Positions 1 through 9,380 of a DNA stretch of 32,000 nucleotides are shown here, piece after piece. Position numbers and translations under genes: made by a program. Under the pieces are notes generated by a model. That model searched no databases and was not told the DNA's origin. It saw only the letters and a list, made by a program, of their open reading frames with translations. The stretch covers positions 1,170,001 through 1,202,000 of the forward strand of contig NZ_CP011304.1 of NCBI RefSeq assembly GCF_000981785.2, written 5' to 3'. How positions within the stretch are numbered: position 1 is the first letter of the stretch; every line of letters starts with the position of its first letter. Source of the stretch: Microcystis aeruginosa NIES-2549. GTDB taxonomy: Bacteria; Cyanobacteriota; Cyanobacteriia; Cyanobacteriales; Microcystaceae.

Positions 1-1451
1 TTCTGTGCCTTACCTTCTTTGACATAACTATATTTAATGCGCTTGTCAATCTCTTCATAACTTCGATTTGCATTATCTTGATTAAAATTATCCTGCTTGG
101 CATTATAAGGAGGATTACCAATAATTACAGAAATATTGCGGTCATTTTGATTGTGAATCCGTTGGGTATTCTCCGCCGACATAGCAAACAAATCCATCTG
201 CTTGATATTAGAAGAAGCATGGTCCAGGGTATCGACAAAACAGATATGCTCAAACTCCTCATACTCACCCATCTTCTGCTTATAGGTGAACTCAATATTC
301 AAATTCGCAATATAATAAGGCAGAATTGCCACCTCATTACAGTGCATCTCATGCTTATACTTGTACCGTAACTTATCCTTCGGTAAATACTCAATCAACT
401 CCGTTACAAAAGTTCCTGTCCCCGTCGCCGGATCTAAAATTTCTACTCCTGGATCCGCCAACAACTTCCTAAAATGCTTGTGGACTAAATAATCGACACT
501 TTCAATCATAAAACGGACAATTTCATTGGGTGTATAGACAATTCCCAACCGGTCCGCCGCTTTCGGATTGTATGCTTTATAAAAATTCTCATAAATCGCC
601 TTGAGAAACTTCTGCTTTTCGTGGTGGTTATAAATATTCGCCGCCGTCCGCCGAATTACCGCATAATAACGTTCAATAGTCCCTAAAGTATTGCGCTTGG
701 TATTACCAGTAAAGAAAGTTTCAATCACTCCCTGTAATTCCCTGGCGATATTATTTTCCCGGTGAAACTGGGACTCATTAAAAATATTGATAAAAATATC
801 CTCTGTCAAGATGTGCTGAATAATCATCTCTCGCACATCTTCCAGACTAATTTCTGGATTGATTGACTTGCGACAAATCTCTAAAAATTTGTCCCGCGCT
901 GTCACAAAATTACGATTCGTCTCCGATTGTCGCGCAATTAAACCCCGCAACGCTTCTAAAATTGTTGGTAAATCTTCCTTAAAACTATCAATCGCCTCTC
1001 GAAAATCCTCAACCTCCGGACGTACATAATTAATAAAAGCATTAATAATCCCATCCAAAGCCTCATCATCGCGCATGGAGACGCGCAGTCTTTCCTCTCC
1101 TCCTTGAATTAAAACCGCCGTCTGGGAGTCTTCAAATAAAATATTGTCATTAGGGTAGCCTTTCGCTAACTTTTTCTCAATTTCCTCGTCTAAATTATCG
1201 TATTGATCCTTACTTTCCCAATAACCCCAATCTAACCGTAAAGCATCCTTTACCGTCCCGTCAGGATAGACAACTTTTCCCGACTTAGTGCGATAATCCA
1301 ACTCCGGAATTAACAAAAAATCCCGCGCCTTGCAATAGTCATTTAATAAATTCTGAAAAGCGACTCTAATCGAAGTTTCCTTGCGACTGCCGCCATATTG
1401 GACAATCTTCTCAACTTCCGCCTGATACTGGCTGATTAATAATCTAGACAT
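1..1451 (-). CDS. Fused restriction-modification enzyme, N-terminal 483 aa only: a PD-ExK-like nuclease module plus a gamma-class N6-adenine DNA methyltransferase, MmeI-like Type IIG/IIL architecture. The 3' end lies beyond position 1.
   Basis: Missing from the ORF track because the frame stays open to the window edge. My translation from ATG (1451-1449) begins MSRLLISQYQAEVEKIVQYGGSRKETSIRVAFQNLLNDYCKARDFLLIPELDYRTKSGKVVYPDGTVKDALRLDWGYWESKDQYDNLDEE. It contains D-x9-E-x-K (D-ALRLDWGYW-ESK), then methyltransferase motif X (GIVYTPNEIV), motif I (LDPATGTGTF) and motif IV (GNPPYN, codons 119-102). The X-I-IV order indicates a gamma-class N6A methyltransferase. Confidence 0.8.
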   Translation of the reverse strand, partial: MSRLLISQYQAEVEKIVQYGGSRKETSIRVAFQNLLNDYCKARDFLLIPELDYRTKSGKVVYPDGTVKDALRLDWGYWESKDQYDNLDEEIEKKLAKGYPNDNILFEDSQTAVLIQGGEERLRVSMRDDEALDGIINAFINYVRPEVEDFREAIDSFKEDLPTILEALRGLIARQSETNRNFVTARDKFLEICRKSINPEISLEDVREMIIQHILTEDIFINIFNESQFHRENNIARELQGVIETFFTGNTKRNTLGTIERYYAVIRRTAANIYNHHEKQKFLKAIYENFYKAYNPKAADRLGIVYTPNEIVRFMIESVDYLVHKHFRKLLADPGVEILDPATGTGTFVTELIEYLPKDKLRYKYKHEMHCNEVAILPYYIANLNIEFTYKQKMGEYEEFEHICFVDTLDHASSNIKQMDLFAMSAENTQRIHNQNDRNISVIIGNPPYNAKQDNFNQDNANRSYEEIDKRIKYSYVKEGKAQ

Positions 1452-1511
1452 GGGCTTAGAGGAGGTAAATTAAGTAGTTAGTCGTACAAAATTAATTTCT
1501 TGGTTAGGAGA

Positions 1512-1543
1512 GGCAAAAGGCAAAAGGCAAAAGGCAAAAGGCA
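1512..1543. repeat. Tandem heptamer repeat (GGCAAAA) x4.5
   Basis: Direct reading: ggcaaaa ggcaaaa ggcaaaa ggcaaaa ggca. The reverse-complement version occurs at 17602-17629. Confidence 0.9.
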
Positions 1544-1662
1544 GTTCCTTCCTGTCTTCGTAGTTTTTTCCACTCCCTCGCCAGCAGGACTATATCCTAG
1601 AATACATTTTACCCAGCAAACCCAAGAGAGCCTATTTTGCCTCTCCCCTTGATTGTCTTTAA

Positions 1663-1736
1663 TCGGGATGACAGGATTCGAACCTGCGGCCCCTTCGTCC
1701 CGAACGAAGTGCGCTACCAAGCTGCGCTACATCCCG
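1663..1736 (-). tRNA. tRNA-Pro (anticodon CGG), 74 nt, CCA not encoded
   Basis: Reverse complement folds as a cloverleaf: acceptor CGGGATG/CATCCCG, D stem GCGC/GCGC, anticodon stem CTTCG/CGAAG with loop TTCGGGA (anticodon CGG), T arm GCAGG-TTCGAAT-CCTGT, discriminator A. Confidence 0.95.
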
Positions 1737-1837
1737 AAAATTTTCAGCTAAATCATCATAGCATATTCGGCCTTGAGTGGGTCGAGACTTGCTAGGATAT
1801 TAGGGATATAGGCAAAAATTATCGGAGTAGTTCAGGC

Positions 1838-2713
1838 GTGACGGTAAAACCAGAGTGGTTACGGGTAAAAGCACCGCAATGGCAGCGAGTCGGCAGTGTT
1901 AAGGAAGTTTTACGCGATTTAGGCTTAAATACCGTTTGTGAGGAGGCTTCCTGTCCCAATATCGGCGAATGTTTCCACGCGGGGACGGCTACCTTTTTAA
2001 TTATGGGTCCTGCTTGCACTCGCGCCTGTCCTTACTGTGATATAGATTTTGAGAAAAAACCCCAACCTTTAGACTCCACGGAACCCCAGCGACTAGCGGC
2101 AGCCGTGCAACGTCTCGATCTTAATCATGTAGTGATCACTTCTGTCAATCGCGATGATTTGGCCGATGGTGGCGCTAGTCAATTTGTCCGTTGTATCGAG
2201 GAAATTCGCCGCATTTCTCCGAAAACCACCATCGAAGTGCTGATTCCCGATCTTTGCGGCAATTGGCAGGCTTTAGCTTTAATTCTTGCCGCTAAACCCG
2301 AAGTTTTAAACCATAATACCGAAACTGTTCCCCGTCTCTACCGTCGTGTGCGTCCCCAGGGGGATTACCAGCGTTCCCTAGAATTATTGCAGCGCGCTCG
2401 CGCCATTGTTCCCGCTACCTACACAAAATCGGGCATTATGGTGGGATTGGGGGAAACCGACGAGGAAGTGCGGCAAGTGATGGACGATTTACGGGCCGTC
2501 GATTGTGATATTCTCACCATCGGGCAGTATCTGCAACCATCGCCAAAACATCTCGGTGTGCAGGAATTTATCACCCCTGAACAGTTCCACGCTTGGCGCG
2601 AATATGGGGAATCTCTGGGATTTTTACAAATTGTTGCGAGTCCCTTGACAAGAAGCTCTTATCATGCTGAACAAGTCAGAGCCTTGATGAATTTGTACCC
2701 GCGAGAGTCTTGA
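1838..2713 (+). CDS. lipA: Lipoyl synthase (radical SAM)
   Basis: GTG start. Contains the N-terminal cluster motif [12 protein letters not shown] and the radical-SAM motif CTRACPYC. Length is 291 aa. Confidence 0.95.
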   Translation: MTVKPEWLRVKAPQWQRVGSVKEVLRDLGLNTVCEEASCPNIGECFHAGTATFLIMGPACTRACPYCDIDFEKKPQPLDSTEPQRLAAAVQRLDLNHVVITSVNRDDLADGGASQFVRCIEEIRRISPKTTIEVLIPDLCGNWQALALILAAKPEVLNHNTETVPRLYRRVRPQGDYQRSLELLQRARAIVPATYTKSGIMVGLGETDEEVRQVMDDLRAVDCDILTIGQYLQPSPKHLGVQEFITPEQFHAWREYGESLGFLQIVASPLTRSSYHAEQVRALMNLYPRES

Positions 2714-3269
2714 GATGGGGCAGCAATTGCTCAAAAGCTCGTCCTCGATGGCTAATTTTTCTTTTTAATTCGGGAGACATTTCCGCAAAGGTTAAAGCGT
2801 ACTCGGGGACATAAAAAATCGGATCGTAACCAAAACCACCTTTACCCCTAGGACTGGTGAGAATTTCTCCCGTGCAGATTCCTGTGGCGCTCAAGGCAAT
2901 CTCACCATCGGGACGGGCGATCGCAATTACACAGACAAAACGGGCCGAACGATCCTGATTATCTCCTAATTCTCTGACTAGGCGATCGATTCTTTCTCGA
3001 TCATTTTTACCATAGCGGGCCGAGTAAATCCCCGGGGCATTTCCTAACCCAGTTACTTCCAATCCCGAATCATCGGCGATCGACCATTCTCCCAATGTTA
3101 GGGCAATTTGAGCAGCTTTTAAATAGGCATTTTCAGCAAAAGTCGCCCCGGTTTCCTCAATCTCTAAATAATCGGGTTTTAACTGCAATTCTAGGTCGAT
3201 ATTAGTTAAGTATTCCCCTATCTCTGCCAATTTACCCGGATTACTCGTGGCTAGAATTAATTTTTTCAT
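2676..3269 (-). CDS. rdgB: Non-canonical purine NTP (dITP/XTP) pyrophosphatase, RdgB/HAM1 family
   Basis: Motifs [21 protein letters not shown] and SHRG. Length is 197 aa. Its 3' end overlaps the lipA 3' end by 38 bp. Confidence 0.9.
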   Translation of the reverse strand: MKKLILATSNPGKLAEIGEYLTNIDLELQLKPDYLEIEETGATFAENAYLKAAQIALTLGEWSIADDSGLEVTGLGNAPGIYSARYGKNDRERIDRLVRELGDNQDRSARFVCVIAIARPDGEIALSATGICTGEILTSPRGKGGFGYDPIFYVPEYALTFAEMSPELKRKISHRGRAFEQLLPHLKTLAGTNSSRL

Positions 3270-3358
3270 AATCGCTACAATAATAGATGAAACCCTAATT
3301 GTGAGGAAAGCCTATCGATACCATCTTCGGCAATACCCAGGGACTGAAAGCCAGTCAG

Positions 3359-5002
3359 ATGAAACAGCTACAAAGGCTGTACCATGAACGCTTGCCTATC
3401 GATACTCTCACCACCCCAGAATTCGCCCAAAGACTGGCGGCTATTAGTACCGATATTCATCAACCCCTCTGCACCTATATCAACCGTCGCGGCCAGGTAA
3501 TTCGTGTGGGAGTGGGAACCCCCCGACAAACCCAATTTTCTCTCTTGGAACTACCCCGCTACGGTTCCGAACGTCTTTGCGGAATTCGTTGTATCGCCAC
3601 GGAACTCAAGCAGGAACCGCCAAAAGAATCCAGTTTAACCGCCATGGCTCTGCAAAGATTAGACGCACTGGTGATCTTAACATTAACCGGTACAGGTATG
3701 ATCCGTCGCGGTGGTGGGGCGACTGGTTATGTGGAGCAGGTCTATCTGGCGCATCTCATACCACAAAGTCAAACAAATGTCAATAGTAATATATACTGGT
3801 CTGTCTCCCCGCCCTTAAATCTAGAGGATTTAAGCAAACAGGACTTTTTAGAGTTAGTGGAAGGACTAGAGGCGGAGTTTCAGCGCGAATTTACCGCTAT
3901 AACCGTTGATACAGCCGAAGATCGGGTGCTATTGGTTGGTTTAATGACCGACAATATGAGCGATCGCCAGTTTGAGGACGGTTTAAGCGAATTAGAGCGT
4001 TTAGTTGATACCGCCGGGGGCAAAGTTTTGCAAGTCACCCGACAAAAACGGGATCATCCCCATCCTCAAACAGTGATCGGTTCGGGAAAAGTGGCAGAAA
4101 TCGCCCTACAGGTGCAAACTTCGGGGGCTAATTTAGTTGTATTCAATCGCGATCTTTCTCCCGCCCAAATTCGCAATCTAGAGAACCAAATCGGGGTGAG
4201 AGTAGTGGATCGCACCGAGGTGATCCTGGATATTTTTGCCCAACGGGCCCAATCCCAAGCGGGTAAACTACAGGTAGAATTAGCCCAATTAGAATACACT
4301 TTACCCCGTCTGACCGGGCGCGGATTAGCCATGTCGAGATTAGGGGGAGGAATTGGCACTCGCGGACCGGGGGAGACAAAATTAGAAACAGAACGCCGAA
4401 CTATTCAACGTCGTTTATCCCGTCTCCAGGATGAGGTGGATCAGCTGCAAGCTCATCGTTCCCGTTTACGCAAACAACGGCAAAAACAAGAGGTAGCCAG
4501 TGTGGCGATCGTCGGTTACACCAATGCGGGAAAATCTACTTTAATTAATGCTCTCACCGCTGCCGAAGTGTATACCGCCGATCAACTGTTTGCTACCCTC
4601 GATCCCACCACCCGACGCTTAACTATTACCGATCCCCTCACCCAAGCATCTCACCCCCTCTTACTAACCGATACGGTGGGTTTTATCCATGAATTACCCC
4701 CCTCGCTGGTGGATGCTTTTCGGGCAACTTTGGAGGAAGTAACGGAAGCAGACGCCTTACTCCATCTGGTGGATCTCTCCCATCCAGCTTGGGAAAGTCA
4801 GATTGCCTCGGTGTTAAAAATCCTCTCGGAGATGCCGATTCAAACTGGTCCAATGTTAATGGTGTTTAATAAGTTGGATCAGGTAAAAAGCGACGATTTG
4901 GAAATAGCTAAGGAAAAATATCCCCAAGCTGTTTTTATCTCGGCTATTCGGCGGCTAGGATTGGAAACTTTAAAACAAAAGTTAATCGATTTAACCGCTT
5001 AA
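3359..5002 (+). CDS. hflX: GTPase HflX, long cyanobacterial form
   Basis: HflX N-terminal and linker regions followed by a G domain (GYTNAGKSTL, DTVGF, NKLD). The frame is open for 54 nt upstream of the ATG with protein-like sequence; see findings. Confidence 0.9.
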   Translation: MKQLQRLYHERLPIDTLTTPEFAQRLAAISTDIHQPLCTYINRRGQVIRVGVGTPRQTQFSLLELPRYGSERLCGIRCIATELKQEPPKESSLTAMALQRLDALVILTLTGTGMIRRGGGATGYVEQVYLAHLIPQSQTNVNSNIYWSVSPPLNLEDLSKQDFLELVEGLEAEFQREFTAITVDTAEDRVLLVGLMTDNMSDRQFEDGLSELERLVDTAGGKVLQVTRQKRDHPHPQTVIGSGKVAEIALQVQTSGANLVVFNRDLSPAQIRNLENQIGVRVVDRTEVILDIFAQRAQSQAGKLQVELAQLEYTLPRLTGRGLAMSRLGGGIGTRGPGETKLETERRTIQRRLSRLQDEVDQLQAHRSRLRKQRQKQEVASVAIVGYTNAGKSTLINALTAAEVYTADQLFATLDPTTRRLTITDPLTQASHPLLLTDTVGFIHELPPSLVDAFRATLEEVTEADALLHLVDLSHPAWESQIASVLKILSEMPIQTGPMLMVFNKLDQVKSDDLEIAKEKYPQAVFISAIRRLGLETLKQKLIDLTA

Positions 5003-5018
5003 GTATAGCAGTAAGCTG

Positions 5019-5113
5019 TCAGTATTCAGGAGACAGGAGTTAGGAGTCAGTATTCAGGAGATTATTTTTATTTATTCTCCCCACTTCATTCCTAATTCCT
5101 AATTCCTAATTCC
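5019..5113. repeat. In-phase heptamer arrays (TCAGTAT/TCAGGAG x6, then TCCTAAT x3) flanking a 29-bp AT-loop palindromic element at 5054-5082
   Basis: Direct reading. The element tcaggagattatttttatttattctcccc recurs at 16615-16635 plus 16841-16850 (split) and at 17507-17535 (reverse complement, 1 mismatch). Confidence 0.85.
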
Positions 5114-5123
5114 CACTGATAAC

Positions 5124-6236
5124 CTAGGAACTATGCAAACAATCTTTCAGCGCGTAGGCTACCTGTTGTTGTTCATCAAAGCTTAAATCGGGGAACATAG
5201 GTAAAGATAACACTTTTTCACTGGCCAATTCAGCCATGGGTAAATCACCTTTTTTATAGCCTAAATACTGATAAACCGGCTGTAAATGTAGGGGAATCGG
5301 ATAATAAACCATCGATAGGACATCTTTTTCCTGCAAAGCTGCCCGAATTTGGTCACGATTTTCCGTTAGGATTGTGTACTGATTCCAAACGTGCTTACCC
5401 CCGGCTAAAGCGGTGGGTAAAGTGATATTAGGCAAAGGTTGCAGTAATTCCTGATAACGTTGGGCAATCTCGATCCGTTGATTATTCCAAAAATCGAGAT
5501 ATTTCAGCTTAATTTGCAAAATAACCGCTTGAATGGCATCTAAGCGGCTATTCACCCCGATTACCTCGTGGAGATAACGCACCTTGCTGCCGTGTTCTTT
5601 AATCATGCGAATTTGTGCCGCTAACTCGGGGTTATTGGTGGTAATTGCGCCACCATCGCCACAACCGCCTAAATTTTTGGTGGGAAAGAAGCTAAAACAG
5701 CCAATATCGCCGATACTCCCCACTTTCTGCCCATGCCATTCTGCTCCCGTTGCTTGCGCGCAATCCTCAATCACCAATAAATTATGAGAACGAGCGAAAT
5801 TTACCACCTCAGACATATTGACAGATTGCCCAAAAAGGTGTACTGGGATAATCGCCTTAGTTTGGGGAGTAAGTGCTTTTTCCAACAGTGCCACATCGAG
5901 GTTAAAAGTATTAATATCGATATCGACAAAAACCGGCACTGCCCCGACTAAATTAATCGCTTCGGCGGTGGCAATAAACGAAAAAGTAGAAGTGATTACT
6001 TCATCCCCCGCTTGAATACCGAGGGCGCATAGTGCCAGATAAAGGGCATCAGTCCCCGAATTACAGGCAACACAATCGCTAACACCGTGATAGAGGGCAA
6101 ATTGTCGTTCTAATTCGCTCACAGCTTCGCCACCAATATAGCGCCCAGAACGGAGGATTTCTAAAACGGCATGGTTAGCTTCTTCGCTGATGACTTGGTA
6201 TTGACGGGATAAATCGACGGGGGGAATTGTACTCAC
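5124..6236 (-). CDS. DegT/DnrJ/EryC1/StrS-family PLP-dependent sugar aminotransferase
   Basis: 370 aa. Family-typical segments include GGEAVSELE, NSGTDAL and the Lys-containing FSFFPTKNLG. Confidence 0.85.
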   Translation of the reverse strand: MSTIPPVDLSRQYQVISEEANHAVLEILRSGRYIGGEAVSELERQFALYHGVSDCVACNSGTDALYLALCALGIQAGDEVITSTFSFIATAEAINLVGAVPVFVDIDINTFNLDVALLEKALTPQTKAIIPVHLFGQSVNMSEVVNFARSHNLLVIEDCAQATGAEWHGQKVGSIGDIGCFSFFPTKNLGGCGDGGAITTNNPELAAQIRMIKEHGSKVRYLHEVIGVNSRLDAIQAVILQIKLKYLDFWNNQRIEIAQRYQELLQPLPNITLPTALAGGKHVWNQYTILTENRDQIRAALQEKDVLSMVYYPIPLHLQPVYQYLGYKKGDLPMAELASEKVLSLPMFPDLSFDEQQQVAYALKDCLHSS

Positions 6237-6464
6237 GCGCTTTCACTCAAATTAGAGACTAATCGGGATTTGTCGGCGAAAAGAAGGAATAACGAAGGCA
6301 GGAGGCAGGAGGCAGTTTTTGTAACGGGGCATAAATTCCCTTTACAAAAACTTTTCGCCTTAAGGCGAGGTTTTAGAGCCGATTTTTTTGATAATTAGTC
6401 AAAAATAATTATAAACTTGCTATTTATAGATGAAGTACCCTTGTAATTTGTTTCTTTTATTTTT

Positions 6465-7241
6465 ATGGATGGATTAGTAGAACTAAATCTGGTGGATTTG
6501 GGTTGGGCTTTGGGGATGATGGGTATTTGTTTAGTCCTCTCCCGTTGGTCAAATTTAGCTCTAGAGGGACAATTATTATTGGCGACTGGTCGATCGATCC
6601 TGCAATTATTAGTGGTAGGCTACGTTATCGCCGTTATTTTTTCCCTTGATAATCCTCTGGCAGTGCTGGGGATTTTGGCAGTAATGATGACTATCGCGAC
6701 TATTGTTGCTAAAAATCGCATTGATAGCCGGGATAAAGCCCTATTACCGCTAGTTTTCGGCTCTTTATTGATTAGTAGCTGTCTAACTTTAGGTTATGCG
6801 ATCGCTCTAATTATTCAACCAGAACAATGGTACTCACCCCAATACTTGATTCCCTTGACGGGGATGGTGTTAGGGCAAGCGATGAATAGTGCCTCTTTAG
6901 CCGGGGAAAGATTAAGCAGTACCATTAAAAGTCACCGTTTGGAAATCGAAACCCATCTTTGTTTAGGGGCAACCCCGCAACAAGCGATCGCAGATTATCA
7001 AAAAGCGGCGATTCGAGCTAGTCTAATCCCCACCCTCAATCAGATGATGGTAGTGGGTTTAGTCAGTTTACCCGGAATGTTCACCGGACAGGTATTGGCA
7101 GGAAGTGAACCTTTAAACGCCGCTTCCTACCAGATACTGATCCTGTTTATGATTGCCCTAGCCAACCTAATCACCGCTCAATTGGTGACAGAGGGAATCT
7201 ATCGGCGCTTTTTCAGTGAGAATTTATCACTGCTCAGTTAA
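6465..7241 (+). CDS. fetB: FetB/YbbM (UPF0014) ABC-type iron-export permease. No fetA ATPase gene lies adjacent.
   Basis: 258-aa multi-TM protein. Segments GRSILQLLVVGYV and LGATPQQA...IRASLIPTLNQMMVVGLVSLPGMFTGQ parallel my recollection of E. coli FetB. Confidence 0.8.
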   Translation: MDGLVELNLVDLGWALGMMGICLVLSRWSNLALEGQLLLATGRSILQLLVVGYVIAVIFSLDNPLAVLGILAVMMTIATIVAKNRIDSRDKALLPLVFGSLLISSCLTLGYAIALIIQPEQWYSPQYLIPLTGMVLGQAMNSASLAGERLSSTIKSHRLEIETHLCLGATPQQAIADYQKAAIRASLIPTLNQMMVVGLVSLPGMFTGQVLAGSEPLNAASYQILILFMIALANLITAQLVTEGIYRRFFSENLSLLS

Positions 7242-7292
7242 CAGTTAACAGTTATCACCCACTGTTCACCGATTACTGTTTACTGATAACTG
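7235..7292. repeat. Heptamer tandem repeats (CAGTTAA/CAGTTAT/CACTGTT type) spanning the fetB stop codon and the fetB-gap2 convergent spacer
   Basis: cagttaacagttaacagttatcacccactgttcaccgattactgtttactgataactgg. Confidence 0.75.
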
Positions 7293-7294
7293 GT

Positions 7295-8311
7295 TTAGCT
7301 TTTCCACTTGCTGGCGACGACTTCAGCGAGATCAACCACCCGTTGGGAGTAACCCCATTCGTTATCGTACCAAGCGATAACTTTCACCATATCGCCACCC
7401 ATCACCATGGTGAGACTAGCATCAATGATCGAGGAGGCATCAACACCGCGATAATCAGAGGAAACGAGAGGTAAATCATTATATTCGAGAATTCCTTTCA
7501 AAGAATTTTCCGAAGCTTCTTTGAGGACTTCGTTTACCTGTTCTGCGATCGTGCTTTTTTCCACTTGCGCCACTAAATCCACCACAGAAACGTTAGGAGT
7601 GGGTACCCGCAGGGCGATACCGTTAAGTTTCCCTTTCATTTCCGGGATAACTAAGGCTACAGCTTTAGCGGCACCGGTGGAGGTGGGAACGATGTTAACG
7701 GCTGCGGCGCGAGCGCGACGCAGATCCCGGTGACTAGCATCCAGAATCCGTTGATCACCAGTGTAACTGTGGGTGGTGGTCATCGTACCTTTGATGATGC
7801 CGAAGTTTTCGTGAATCACTTTGACGACAGGAGCCAGACAGTTGGTGGTACAACTGGCATTACTGATGACGTTGTATTTATCGTGTTCGTATTCGTGAGC
7901 GTTGACACCGACGACATAGGTTCCCACACCCGAACCTTTACCCGGTGCGGTAATGAGGACTTTTTTCGCTCCTGCGACAATATGCTTAGAAGCGCCCTCT
8001 TCATCAACGAAAACACCGGTAGCTTCGATCACTAGATCTACACCCCATTCTGCCCAGGGCAGATTGAGGGGATTGCGATCGGAATAACATTTAATGGTTT
8101 TACCGTTAACAATTAAAGAATTATCATCGGCATCGATATTAGCGTTAAGTTTGCCTAACATCGAGTCATATTTGAGCAGGTGAGCGTTACTCCGGGGATC
8201 GGATGTATCATTGATCCCCACTACCTCCAAGCCACTATTAGTCCGTCCTAACCAACATCTTAGGAAATTACGTCCAATCCGTCCGAAACCATTGATCGCT
8301 ACTCTAATCAC
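7295..8311 (-). CDS. gap2: Glyceraldehyde-3-phosphate dehydrogenase, Gap2 type (NAD(P)-dependent, Calvin cycle)
   Basis: Contains [15 protein letters not shown] and SNASCTTNC and closely resembles remembered cyanobacterial Gap2. I place the start at GTG 8311-8309 ([16 protein letters not shown] about 10 nt upstream). The track ATG at 8368 adds 19 non-homologous residues. Confidence 0.93.
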   Translation of the reverse strand: MIRVAINGFGRIGRNFLRCWLGRTNSGLEVVGINDTSDPRSNAHLLKYDSMLGKLNANIDADDNSLIVNGKTIKCYSDRNPLNLPWAEWGVDLVIEATGVFVDEEGASKHIVAGAKKVLITAPGKGSGVGTYVVGVNAHEYEHDKYNVISNASCTTNCLAPVVKVIHENFGIIKGTMTTTHSYTGDQRILDASHRDLRRARAAAVNIVPTSTGAAKAVALVIPEMKGKLNGIALRVPTPNVSVVDLVAQVEKSTIAEQVNEVLKEASENSLKGILEYNDLPLVSSDYRGVDASSIIDASLTMVMGGDMVKVIAWYDNEWGYSQRVVDLAEVVASKWKS

Positions 8312-8608
8312 TGCTGCTTGCCCTCTACGTTTTAGTGCAATACATAAAAAAATAATTAATGTTCCCAATCATACCTTAAAGGTTGAACTTTGCGATCCTG
8401 ATCGGAAATAATTTATTACCTCGCCAATTCTATCAGGTTTAAATGAGGAAATTTAATTGATTAAAGCGATTTAAAGGCAAAATTAGCCTAAATAACCGCT
8501 AAAAAGTTCTCATAACCCCATTCCCTCTTTAGCTGTCCGCCTTTTCGGCGATCAGCTCTGAGTTTTCAGTTTACTGATTACTCAAAGATACCCGCTCCTC
8601 TTATCCTC

Positions 8609-8644
8609 AAAAAAAAAACTCGTTTACTTTTCTGCAAACGAGTT
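8609..8644 (-). terminator. Rho-independent terminator downstream of the 8678-8992 gene
   Basis: On the minus strand, stem AACTCGTTT/AAACGAGTT with a 10-nt loop, followed by a run of 8 T after stem extension (the full A run on the plus strand is 8609-8618, its last two bases pairing into the stem). Confidence 0.6.
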
Positions 8645-8677
8645 CACTTTCCATGATAAGATTAATAGTCCTGTGAT

Positions 8678-8992
8678 TTATTTAGCAACTGCTACTGCTA
8701 CCTTGACTGGCTGGGGCTGCAGGTCGCGCAAACTTGGGAAAAGGAAGTGGTTTTCCTCCACATATTGCGCTCCAAACAGTCCTTTTTCAGCCCAGAAATA
8801 GCGATCAGTTGTATGCTCGTTACGCTTAACAATCAATAAAGCTGGTGGGCTAATGCCTATAGCTTGAATATACTTACGCGCCGCAGTTACGGGTTTATCC
8901 TCGCCACTTTCAATACTATACTGGGGTACAAGTTCAAGTATCTTACGTCCTTCTTGACGACGGCGACTTTTACGTTTCCGTTTTCTGGCCAA
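8678..8992 (-). CDS. Small conserved-looking hypothetical protein with a highly basic N-terminus (possibly DUF3155-like; not verified)
   Basis: 104-aa ORF beginning MARKRKRKSRRRQEGRK, with its own terminator. The family assignment is from memory only. Confidence 0.55.
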   Translation of the reverse strand: MARKRKRKSRRRQEGRKILELVPQYSIESGEDKPVTAARKYIQAIGISPPALLIVKRNEHTTDRYFWAEKGLFGAQYVEENHFLFPSLRDLQPQPVKVAVAVAK

Positions 8993-9380
8993 CCCAATTA
9001 CCTCCTATTTTGGCTAATCGTTGTAATGATAGTTACAAAAGCCGTAGCGATTATATCCCTTCTAGACCAAGAAATCAAGTGTCTCTCACAAACCCAATTA
9101 CAGACAAGTTTGACTAGAAGCTAGACTGAGACTGTGTTTAAGTTTTTGTTACAAAAACACCCCCCCAAATCCCGATACAAAACTTATTATTCTTAAACTT
9201 TTTTTAATATATACCGTGATCCACCCCTAAAATAATGACCAAACCCTTGTCCTAATTGCTTTTTACTGGCTGCACTCGACCCAAGAGAATCGCCCTTCTC
9301 TCCCCTGTCAACTGGGAAATAAAACTCGCAGCCCTAGCTTTATCAAGGTTTTCTGATTTTTTACTTTTTACTTTCTTGGT

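Noticed and set aside
1478-1720. An 80-aa minus-strand ORF overlapping the tRNA-Pro gene and the GGCAAAA repeat.
   Set aside because: It reads through a well-folded tRNA and a simple tandem repeat, so it is an artefact of the open frame.
6315-6351. Shared GTTTTTGT(A/T)A / T(T/A)ACAAAAAC inverted arms at 6315-6351 and 9142-9158, both in divergent promoter regions. I considered them as a common operator or an NtcA-like site.
   Set aside because: The arms are short and low-complexity AT-rich. The spacing differs (17 nt versus 0), and neither fits GTA-N8-TAC. Chance occurrence in AT-rich spacers is plausible.
8312-8368. A 19-codon N-terminal extension of gap2 ([19 protein letters not shown]) from the track ATG.
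   Set aside because: Gap2 proteins start immediately before (I/T)[12 protein letters not shown] with an upstream purine-rich ribosome-binding site sits exactly there. The extension is hydrophobic and shows no homology.
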